Positions 11,101 to 19,700 of a stretch of DNA of 32,000 nucleotides are shown piece by piece (the first letter of the stretch is position 1; every line of letters begins with the position of its first letter). Source of the stretch: Bacteroidales bacterium (GTDB lineage: Bacteria > Bacteroidota > Bacteroidia > Bacteroidales > UBA12077); contig JANQHR010000046.1 in assembly GCA_028282585.1 (NCBI GenBank), positions 82,924 to 114,923 of the forward strand. The letters are read 5' to 3'. A model generated the notes under the pieces. That model made no database searches. It saw only the letters and a list, made by a program, of their open reading frames with translations, and was not told the origin of the DNA. The position numbers and the translations under genes are program-made.

Positions 11101-12300
11101 TGAAAATATATTATCATTTTTTATACTAACTATATTATAATCATGATTCCATTCCTCTACATATTTAAGATCTGTTATTAAATTGTTAACATTTCCATCC
11201 TTCATCATAAATTCGATACGTAACTTAGATAAGTTGGTATCAATAGGCATATAGCAAGCACCTGTTTTTAAAACTCCCAGAATGCTTATAATAAGCTCAA
11301 TTGAATTATCTAGCATAATTCCTACTATCGAATTTTCTCCAACACCTTGCATTATTAAATAATTTGCTATAGCATTTGATTTAATATTTAATTCCTTATA
11401 AGATAGCTGTTCTTCATTATATTCAACAGCAGCATTATCTGGAGTTTCCAAACATTGTCTGACAAATAATTCACAAATAGAATTATTTAAGTAATCCTTC
11501 TTAGCAGTATCATTAAATTTATTTACTAACTCTTCTTTTTCTTCCGATGATATTAGTGAGAAAGAATTTATTGGATTTTCTAAGTTACTTATAACAGATT
11601 TGAAAAATCCTTTATAATATTTTACTAAATTTTTTATTAACTCTTCAGAGTAAAGACATGAGTTGTATTTTACTTTTCCTTTAAATATTTTACTTTCTTT
11701 TTCAAATGAAAATGAAAAGAGTATGTTGTAATTAATTTCGTTAAGATATCCTTCTTTTTGAATATTTTCATATAATATACCAATATCAAATAAAGGAAAG
11801 CTTTCATTCTTTTTTAAGTTTAATCCCATCTTTTGAACAAGTGCATCAACTGGGTAATTTTGATTTCTAATAACATTAACTAAATTGTCCTTTGTACTTA
11901 GAATAATATCCTTAAAACTTTTCTCCCCATTCACTTGATTTCTAACACATAAAACAGTGTTAAGAAATTCATCCTCAACCTTTTGTTCATGAATTGATGT
12001 ACCTATACTGATATCCTCAGATTGTACATATTTAGATAAAAACGCACTTATTCCGGCAATTAATAATACCTGAATTTTAAAATCCTGTTCTTTACTGATG
12101 TCAAGTATTTTCAATGTAAGGTCTTCATCAAATTTGAACTTATACTCCTGCTTTTCGATCTCTTTATTTATCAAAGAATCTTTACTATATGGAATTATTG
12201 TTTTCTCTTCAAAACCTTTTAAATAATCCAACCAGTACTTTTCTTCGTTATATCCTATATTGTTCAGATATAATATTTTATCAGTTTTACTATTACCCAT
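5104..12300 (-). CDS. NRPS: truncated C - A (Asn) - PCP - GT4-type glycosyltransferase domain - C - A (Ser) - PCP
   Basis: 2398-aa ORF; two sets of A-domain core motifs (YTSGSTGNPKG / YTSGSTGKPKG, YKTGDKAF / YKTGDIAR, TINGKVDK / NTNGKADR); two PCPs (FFDLGGNSL, FFEIGGHSL); one complete C domain (HHIISDG). Confidence 0.96.
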   Translation of the reverse strand: MGNSKTDKILYLNNIGYNEEKYWLDYLKGFEEKTIIPYSKDSLINKEIEKQEYKFKFDEDLTLKILDISKEQDFKIQVLLIAGISAFLSKYVQSEDISIGTSIHEQKVEDEFLNTVLCVRNQVNGEKSFKDIILSTKDNLVNVIRNQNYPVDALVQKMGLNLKKNESFPLFDIGILYENIQKEGYLNEINYNILFSFSFEKESKIFKGKVKYNSCLYSEELIKNLVKYYKGFFKSVISNLENPINSFSLISSEEKEELVNKFNDTAKKDYLNNSICELFVRQCLETPDNAAVEYNEEQLSYKELNIKSNAIANYLIMQGVGENSIVGIMLDNSIELIISILGVLKTGACYMPIDTNLSKLRIEFMMKDGNVNNLITDLKYVEEWNHDYNIVSIKNDNIFSNGQSFDISNKNYKSAYIIYTSGSTGNPKGVIVNHESIANYINWASDIYNIDGNFNFPLYSSISFDLTKTSIYVPLLTGGKIIIYDSTDIPETFSRIFDNKDINIVKLTPAHLKILDEYNLKNSNVRKLIIGGDQLKSKDCRIVSKAFQRSVQIYNEYGPTEATVGCMIYEYKIEDDYAENVPIGKPISNSNIYLFDNKFNVIPKEIPGEIYIGGNCLAEGYLNRVELTSEKFINTSNNHILYKTGDKAFFKSDGNLEFVERIDNQIKIRGYRIELGEIEKNLLKHDLIKDTIVVDKLSDSGEKYLCAYIILHDNKISELNDILREFLKRKLPEYMIPSFFVIIDNLPLTINGKVDKEKLPEPRAGINNNYIAPRNKTEKQLASIWAEVLNIEVDEISINSNFFDLGGNSLLAIKLLSRINHEFSTDIDFVVLFSKTTIQDFGKLILRRKIEQSDIANIKEILQKIDVAPNIKLDLILTMNLPYTRVFGGANKSNKYLVEEIAQLGHNVKVVTPALAVPSDITSQELLESLKDDGITVDVYDKKYVFNIKNVEVHAILETDDLKVELQKIIKEFQPDWIFISAEDPSQQLLKAIHEVRSDNIIYLAHTPQLLPFGPESLYPGKKRTELIGKSTQIVTISEYVSNYVKTHTGFSTFVNHPPHFGNDIFPKLASFDNEYVFMFNPCDVKGIKILLTLAKLLPEIKFAIVPGWGTTPTDMRLMNEVPNITIMENKESLNELLANVKILLMPTLWAEGFGMACTDAMLRGIPVLASQHGGLIEAKLETDYLIPINHIKEYKNEFNENSLPQAIVPEQEIEPWIKALKDLYYSKEVYEKQSSIAKIKAEEFVSLLSVEPFIRNLQKMLYNDPSYTGNEYKIKLIDCIDFNRIDIDKLNELIDNSTDSTNQLNYNRNVIPKVQHQEYYEVSYSQKQLLLIDELSKNNYGYIISNSFILEGEVDAGVFGNVFNMLINRHESFRTVFAKKDGQFKQKVLTSIDFEIEEYDFSKEASTEKKVNELIKEAKTKRFDLYKGPLLRSYLIKIEEKKYVFVYAMHHIISDGWSMYVFGKDALNLYNSRINNEKVLVEPLTIQYKDYSAWQNNIVNSDIYRKHKEYWHKILGGKLPSLNIPTDKSRTKSKSHGADLVSLTLSKYQVDSLLDISKSNYSTPFMTLLSLVKILLYKYTDQNDIIIGTPVSGRQNYNLRDQIGYYVNMLTLRNKVDRNKTFEQFLNSVRDNTQEAYNHQEYPFSKLVEELSTERNSVGSAFFDVIVLYNSDRDFVYENETSNSNHLSLKPFKNSSNNIKSTFDLDFIFHHNNNEIKLSIIYDTDLFYRDTVKRILKHFNKIVTSVVENKDIIINELDILTKEEKGQILGNFNNTKVNYPKEKCIHYLFEEQVLKTPNKIALIYKDERITYKELNAKANELAEYLRHCGIGPEKLVGVSMDRSIEMMICIYGILKSGAAYLPIIPDYPDERISIMLSDSGCNLVITKIHLKDKFEETGTDLIFIDSFSYEKPGLKEFNQANSNNIAYVIYTSGSTGKPKGVMIEHHSVINRINWMQKKYNASPTDILIQKTSIGFDVSVWELFWWSFYGASLVLLDKNEEKDPNRIIETITKKEVTKIHFVPSMLNVFLQYIKDHNVDVDNLKSLIQVFASGEALSANSVLFFNELFKNLKVNLVNLYGPTEATVDVSYYNCTRDEKVDTIPIGKPIDNINLFILNNNHKLQPVGIPGELHIGGVGLARGYYQNNSLTKDKFIIWNKERGKIYSEKDNPKDAVRIYKTGDIARWLPSGDIEFLGRIDDQIKIRGFRVELGEIESVLNQLDDIKESVVIAIDDNSGNKKLVAYTVSNKNKIDTSVIISEISKKLPAYMVPTFFIQLDKIPLNTNGKADRRQLANLKDFKLESNSYVEPQTNVEKKLTKIWEEVLALDKIGIYDDFFEIGGHSLNAIQITSMIYKEFNIEIRLGDFFENPNIKTISKLIQLLQNIEEDDEVNEEVEIII
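5430..6990 (-). other. Adenylation domain, predicted Ser
   Basis: Hand-extracted code D-V-W-H-F-S-L-V-D-K from FDVSVWE / KIHFVPS / QVFASGE / NLYGPTEATVD / A10 Lys; matches Ser-type codes. Confidence 0.82.
8510..9710 (-). other. GT4-like (GT-B fold) glycosyltransferase domain inside the NRPS, between PCP and C
   Basis: YTRVFGGANKSNKYLVEEIAQLGHNVKVVTP; DNEYVFMFNPCDVKGIKILLTLAKLLPEIKFAIVPGWG; LLMPTLWAEGFGMACTDAMLRGIPVLASQHGGLIEA (E-x7-E-like region). Confidence 0.9.
10015..11515 (-). other. Adenylation domain, predicted Asn
   Basis: Hand-extracted 10-residue code D-L-T-K-I-G-E-V-G-K from FDLTKTS / IVKLTP / KLIIGG / NEYGPTEATVG / A10 Lys. It closely matches the Asn code DLTKLGEVGK. Confidence 0.75.
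11560..12300 (-). other. N-terminally truncated condensation domain (C-terminal lobe only)
   Basis: Protein begins ...EEKYWLDYLKGFEEKTIIP, which corresponds to the mid-C-domain YWL..L.g.LP region. No HHxxxDG is present before the A domain. Confidence 0.8.
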
Positions 12301-12392
12301 TTTAATTTGATTAAAACTTCGACGAAATCTAAGAGTTACTTTGTTTATAGACGTTGATTAATATTCAGATATTTTCTTAACTGTTAAGTGTG

Positions 12393-13721
12393 TTAAAAAT
12401 TAAATGAAGAATCATTTATATCGGAAATATTTGTAATTACCTCTTTTTTAGTATTATTCTTGATAACCTCCATACCATCTTTATCAAAAGTATTGACACA
12501 AAAAGAAAAATCTTTAAATCTGGTAATCCTGAATGTATTATCATCATGCCTTTCTTCCTCTACTTCATCAGAATAACTTCTTGCTCCAAGAACCTCATTT
12601 AGTACATTCCATCTACGCGCAATTTCTCCATCCTCCACTTTATTACTGAATCCTGTTGAAGTAGCACCATTTACATCGCTGTACCCAAAGTGTTTAACTT
12701 TATTAAAACACTTATCTTTTTTAAAAAATTCGGTTAACTCATTAAAAATTTCAATAGTTTCTCCTGGGAAGCCTACCATAATATCTGCAACCATATGCAT
12801 TTTAGGATTATCAAATTTTATTTCCTGAATTGTATCGTATAACTTGGTTAAGTTAATAGGTCTTCCCATGCGGTCCAGGATGTGCTCATTAACGTGTTGC
12901 AGCCCTATATGCAATTCATTTATCCATCCTTTTTTACATAAATCCTTTATTTCAGTTGAGTACTTCTCTAACCATCTAATATGTAAATAACTAAAATAAA
13001 GATTTGCCAATGGAACAGCATTTTTTATTTCATGAACTAGTTCTATTATTGTTTTGTTGCTATCGATTCCATAGGCAAAAGCATCTTCTCCCATTAAATA
13101 TATTTTATCGTAACCTTTTTCAACTCCGGTTTTTACTTCTTTAATTATATCTTCAACAGGTCTACTGTTTATATATCCTTTTGCTTTATTTATAATGCAG
13201 AATGTACACTCTCTTAGACATCCTTCAGAGATTTTTATATAATATACAGGAATTTTTTCTGGAGGTGTTAGGTTATACTTGTTAAAAACATTGACATATT
13301 TAACATCCTTAAATTCTACTTTCGCTCCAATTATCCTGTCAAGAATTTCCTCTTCATGTATGCCAATAATTTCTCCCCCAAATTGTTCTTTTAGTTTTTC
13401 TGACTGTGTCTTTGGCAAACATGCCATAACAATTATATTCTTTTCAGGAAAATTAACTTCTCTTGCAGCTTCTAGTATTTTAATAAACTTCTCATACATC
13501 AAATCATGGAATCCACAACCGCAAATAATAATTTTATCTACATTTAAATCATCACATACCTTCCACCCGTTAGTTCTAAAATATTTTTCAACCGTAGCAT
13601 AATAAGAAGTGTGTCTTTCGCAATGGACATTATTAGTAACTATAGCTACTCTTTTATCTAATAATAAATTATTCATAATAAGAGTTATTAAATTATTTAA
13701 GGGATTACTGTAAATGTTCAC
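12393..13721 (-). CDS. Methylthiotransferase-family (MiaB/RimO-like) radical SAM protein
   Basis: 442 aa. Three N-terminal Cys spaced as in UPF0004 (TNNVHC, IICGCG, VMACLP), radical SAM CLRECTFC, ...ADIMVGFPGET.... Start is either GTG at 13721 (overlapping the PKS stop) or the internal ATG near 13676. Confidence 0.85.
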   Translation of the reverse strand: MNIYSNPLNNLITLIMNNLLLDKRVAIVTNNVHCERHTSYYATVEKYFRTNGWKVCDDLNVDKIIICGCGFHDLMYEKFIKILEAAREVNFPEKNIIVMACLPKTQSEKLKEQFGGEIIGIHEEEILDRIIGAKVEFKDVKYVNVFNKYNLTPPEKIPVYYIKISEGCLRECTFCIINKAKGYINSRPVEDIIKEVKTGVEKGYDKIYLMGEDAFAYGIDSNKTIIELVHEIKNAVPLANLYFSYLHIRWLEKYSTEIKDLCKKGWINELHIGLQHVNEHILDRMGRPINLTKLYDTIQEIKFDNPKMHMVADIMVGFPGETIEIFNELTEFFKKDKCFNKVKHFGYSDVNGATSTGFSNKVEDGEIARRWNVLNEVLGARSYSDEVEEERHDDNTFRITRFKDFSFCVNTFDKDGMEVIKNNTKKEVITNISDINDSSFNF

Positions 13722-16700
13722 TAGAAGTTAAATTCTTCTTCGTGGTTTTCAATTAATTCGCTATTTGCCAAAATGTAGTTATTTGTTAAGTTGATTTGGC
13801 TCAATATAATTGAATTATTGTTAATTACTAATTCTATTATTCTTTGAAAATGGTCGGCCATCTGAGAAATAAAATCTTGATTAAATGAATCTGAGGCATA
13901 CCTAAAAAGCATATTTGTTCTGGATGAACTCCCAAAAGCATCTAATGTTAAAAGGTATTTTAAATTTTTATTATGTAGATTTTTTTCTCTTTGGGCGTTA
14001 ATTGTATTATTTATCTGATTTGTCCCCTCATCAATATACTGCATAGTAAAAACAGTATTAATCAAATCAAATTCTGATAATTTACCGGATTTTCTTAAAT
14101 GAAAAATTAACTCGTCATATGGTAAGTCTTGATTTTCAAAGTCTACAATAGTTTCATTTTTTATTTTATTAAGATAGGTTTCATATTCAAGATCAGTATC
14201 TATATAACTTTTTACCGGTAACATATTTATAAAAAAACCTACTATATTATTTAAATTGTTGTCAATTCTACCTGCAACTGGTGTCCCAATAAAAAAGTTT
14301 TCTTGGTTAGTATATTTAAATAATAGAATATTATAGACCGAGAGAAGAAAAGCATATAAGGTTGTATTATTTCCTTTTGTGTATTCTCTAATCTTTTTAT
14401 GTAGATTCTTATCAATTGAGAATAGATAATTTTCAGACTCAGGTTCTTCTAACTTTATTCTGTTAACTGGAAGTTTAAGGATTTCAAAAGGATCCTTAAA
14501 TTTATTCAACCAATAGTTTAATTGTTTATCCAAATTCAAATTATGCTGTGAATTAGCCCATTCAGCGTAATCTTTATATTGTAATTTTAATGGAAATAAC
14601 TCCTTTTTATTATAAAGTGATAAAAAATCTTCAATTAATATATCATTTGAAATTGCATCGGAAATAATATGATGTAAATCAAATAAAAGATAACTTTTTG
14701 ATTCTGTTTGAGCAATACATGCCCTTAACAATGGAGGATCATTTAAGTCAAAAGGTTGTATAAAGTTCTTTATTACCTGATTTAGATTACTCGATTTTTT
14801 AAAGTCTTGATTATTAAGATTTCGCAAGTCAATATATTCAATATCAAAATTAACATCGTCAGTTATTTTTTGAATAAGCTTATCATTATAATAACTAAAA
14901 GAAGTTCGTAAACTCTCATGGCGATTGATTAATTTTAAAAATATATCTTTAATCAAATCCTTATCTAATTCATCTTCAAATGAATAAATTCCAGGCAAGT
15001 TATAACTAGTACTATTTTTATTTAATTGATACAGTAAGAATAATCTTCTCTGTGCAGCAGATAGTTCATAATAATCCTTTTTCTCTGAGGATTTTATAGT
15101 TTCATATTCTAATTTCTTACTTGAATTTACCACTGCAGATAGTTTACTAATATCTTGATTAATAAACACATCAGACAATGTTAATTTAACATTAAACTCT
15201 TCAAAAATTCTTGATATTAAAATTGTAGCTTTCAAAGAATGTCCTCCTAAATCAAAAAAGCTATCATTTATACTTATCTCTTTCTCTTCGATCTGTAATA
15301 TCTCTGACCATATTTTTACCAATTGTAACTCTGTTGTACTGCGTGGTGCAACATAGTCCTTACCAGAGCGAATTTCCGGTTTTGGCAATGACTTACGGTC
15401 TATTTTACCATTACTGGTTAATGGTAAACTCGTTAGTTCTTCAAAATAACCTGGAACCATATAGTCCGGTAATATACCTCCTAAGTAATTCCGTAATTCT
15501 GATTGATCTATTTTTGAACCCGGAACATAATATGCACATAAGTATTTATCACCTTCTTCTTCCCTGCATAATACAACACACTCCGAAATATTTTCATGAC
15601 CCAGAATGACTCGCTCTATTTCTCTCAACTCAATTCTAAAACCTCGAATTTTTACCTGGTAATCGGTTCTACCTAAAAACATCAAATTACCATCTGGTAA
15701 CCAGCGTGCTAAATCTCCTGTCTTGTATAGTTTACCTGTTGATTCAAATGGATGTTCAATAAATTTTTCTGAACTTAATGCTTCATCTTGAAAATAGCCT
15801 CGTGCCAAACCATCTCCTCCAATGCATAATTCGCCTATACAACCCTGGGGAACTAATCCATTACTTTCATCTAATACGTATAGCTGTGTATTTACAATCG
15901 GTTTCCCTATGCTTATTTCTTTTTCTCTTGTTACATTCTTTATGCTTGACCAGATCGTCGTTTCTGTCGGACCATACATATTGAATATCTCTGCATTGGT
16001 TAATTGACGAACATTTTCTAATAGTTGCAAGCTTAACTCTTCGCCACCTAATAATAACGATTTTAGATTACGAAGGGATCGGCCCACTCGATCTGATCCC
16101 AATAGTAGTTGTAAACGTGAGGGGGTTAATTGTAATATGGTTACTCCAAATTCTTCCAATCTTCTCAATATCAAGTCTCCATCCAACTGTTCTTGCTCGT
16201 TACCTAATACTAATCGTGAACCACGTAGCAAGGGAACAAATAGTTCTAAGCCAAATATGTCGAAGCTTATGGTGGTTAAAGAAAATAAGCAGTCTGTGGT
16301 ACTAAATGGAATTTCTTTATTGATTCCATATACAAAATTAACCAAGGATTTATGTTCTATCATTACTCCTTTGGGAGTACCTGTAGAACCTGTGGTATAA
16401 ATAATATAAGCTAAATCTGTTGGGGTTGTGGTATCCGGAAATGATAAAAGTCCTGGATAAGTGTGTATTAATGGATAATTTATGTCTAAAACAGTTAAGT
16501 TATCGGTTAAAACTTTATTCAAACTGTTGTCGCTTAATAAATAGTCTATTCCACTACTTTCAATGATGTTCTTAATTCTTAATTCCGGATAACTGGGATC
16601 TAACGGTAAATAAGAACATCCGGATTTAAGTATGCCAAATATTCCGATTATTAACTCCAGCGAACGGCCCGATAATAATCCGATGGTTTGACCAGGTAAA

Positions 16701-19700
16701 ACTCCCTGGTCACGTAAATAGTTTGCCATCTGATTAGAACGTATTGATAACTCTTTATAAGTTAATAAGCTTTTTCCATATGATATCGCTACATGATCTG
16801 GTGTATCATCTGACCGATCTTCAAATAGCTCATGTATACTCCTTGTTTGAGGATATTCGTATGTTGTCTCATTAAACCTTTCAATTAATTTACTTTTCTC
16901 ATCTGGTAAATTACACTCTATATCATACAATCGTACACTTGAATTATCTATTAAAGTTATCAGTAAATTTCTAAAATGGTTTGTAAACTGATTTATAAAA
17001 TCCTTTCTGAAAATATCTGAACAATATTCAACCGAGATTTCAATTGTATCACTTTCATTACAATATATCGTAATATCATTCTTTGCTGCCTCTTTATTAA
17101 AAATTTTAACTGGTTTAATATCTAGATTATCCGAAAGGTTTTTAAGTTCGCTACTTTCGTCAAAACCCAAATATGAAAATCCAGCTTCAAACACAGGATT
17201 ATGACTTGTGTCTCTTTCAATTTTTAAATCATTAACAAGATCATCAAACTGATAATCCTGGTTTGACATGGCCTCTATGGTTTTATCTTTTATTAAATTG
17301 AAAAAATCCAATAATGTTTGCTTTATATCTATTTGTATTCTGATAGGAAGTATATTAATAAAAATACCTATTAACTCTTCAAAGTCTTTTGATGATCTAC
17401 CGAATATGGTTGATCCAATAATTATATCTTTTTGATTCGTGTATTTATACAAAAGAATGTAATATACTGATAAGAAATATACATAAGAGGTAACACCTAT
17501 ATTCGTGCAAAATTCTTTAATTTTAGTCGTTAAAACCGAATCAAGCTCAACAACAATCAAATCGCTATTAGTACTCTGCAACACCGGTCTACTAAAATCT
17601 ACAGGTAAATTTAAAATCGGTAAATTTCCATTTAAAAGATTTAACCAATACTTTTTTTGAGATTCAAATTCTTCAAGTTTGTTTCTATTTTCCTGCCAAA
17701 TACCGAATTCTTTATATTGAATATTAATTGGCTTAAAACTGGTAGAATTGCTTTGATACGTATCGAATAATTGATTTATAAATAAACGACAAGAATAAGC
17801 ATCAGCAATAATATGATGAATATCGATAAAAAGTAAATGATCATCATCACTTATTTTAAATACTTTAATTCTAAACAAAGGTGCTTTACTTAAATCAAAT
17901 GGTAAAATTGAATTTTCAAAAATATCCTCCAATTCATTATTATCAATTTTAGTAACATTTAATTTATCGAATAATATTTCTTCTGGATCGTGGACAATTT
18001 GCACAGCATCTCCTTTAATAATCTTAAATGATGTTCGTAAAGATTCGTACCTTTTTATTAATAACTCAATTGAACATTGTAATCTTTCAGTATAAAATTC
18101 TCCTTTAATTCTATAGCAGTGAGGTAAATTAAAACTAATAGTACGGTTAGTTAAACTATCTAGTATAAATAGTCTTTTTTGAGCAGAAGAAATAGTATAG
18201 TATTCTTTCTTTTCCGACGGCAGTATATTAATTGAATTTGTTGAATCTGCAATAGAACTTCTGTTTAAGTAATCTGTAAGCTTTTTTACATTTTTATTTT
18301 TAAAGAAATCAGCGATTTTAATGTTGAAATTCAATTTTTCTCTAATGCTATTTATGATTAAAATTGCTTTTACAGAATTACCGCCAAGCTCAAAAAAATC
18401 ATCAAATACTCCTATACCTTCAAACGTTAGATGGTCTTCCCAGATTTTTACTAATTGCTCTTCAATATCGTTATTTGGAGCTACATAGTTTGTACTTAAT
18501 TCTGGTCTTGTTCGTAAATTAAGATTCTTAACACTGCTAGATGAATTAATTAATTTTGATTCAAGCTCTTTATTGTCATCTATTTTTCTCTGTTCTAAAT
18601 CTATTGTTGAAACTATAATTTGGTTGAGATTACATGCTAAGGCCCTACTAAAAATAATTTTACCTTCGCTTGGCTTAATTGCATCCTTTAAATAATAATT
18701 AACTTTCTCACTTTCTTCTTTTATTATTTTTTCAGGAGATACATAATTAATAAAATCACTACTTGTATAATTAGATAGTTCACCTGAATCTGTCGATTTT
18801 ATTTCTGAATTGCTAATATCAAGCAGGTTATAACCTTCCACCTTAAGTATAGTGCCCGAATCGTCTGATAATACAAAATCATAGTTTATAAAATCCTCAT
18901 TCTCACTTTTATTTAAGCGAACTAAACTACAAAAGTTCTTTGTAAGTGGTTTAATAATAGTAATCTTATGATAATAGGCAGGTAAAAAAGCTCCTTTACT
19001 TAGTATTGGAGATAAAGCTACATCTACTAAACCGGGATGCAAAGAATATTCTTTCAAATCTTCTAATGATTCCTCACCTATAATAATATCAGAAAGGCCA
19101 ATATTTTCTCCTACTTTAATTTTCACATTATTATTTCGCCATCTTTTACCAAATCTTAGATATTCGTTTTCATGTAAATTATTTTCAAGTGCTTTAGTTG
19201 GTTTCAATTCCTGATTTTTAAAATAATCTATGTTTTCCTGAATATTTAATTTGGCTTCTAAAATTGAAACCTGACCTTTACAATGTTCTATCCAACTATC
19301 TTCATCTTCGTAATAGCTAAGAATTTTAAAGTCAAGCAAATCTCCTTTTTGGGTAATAATTGTATGGATTTCTTTATTTTCATCCTTTTCAAACACCATA
19401 GCTCTTAAAATATGTAAAGCTCTTATCTCTACAGAATCATTTTTGGGATATAAAAATTGTACGGCAGCATATAACATTTGCAGATATCCGGTACCAGGCA
19501 TTGTTGCTTTATCTAGTATTCTGTGTTCGTTTACTATCCAATCATTTTCAGAATGTATATAGCTAATCAGTATACTTTCATTTTCATTTGAAATATATTT
19601 TCTGAAAAGAAAGTGATCAATTTTCCTTTTAATGAAGCTATTTTCATTAAAAGGATTAGAAAGTTGTTTTAATGTTTTTACCGCACCGCCTACCTCTTGC

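Noticed and set aside
15334-16400. Cluster of short plus-strand ORFs (15334..15609, 15778..15984, 15822..16007, 16117..16305, 16137..16400)
   Set aside because: Antisense to a well-supported A domain with no recognisable protein motifs. Their presence is better explained by the locally higher GC content.
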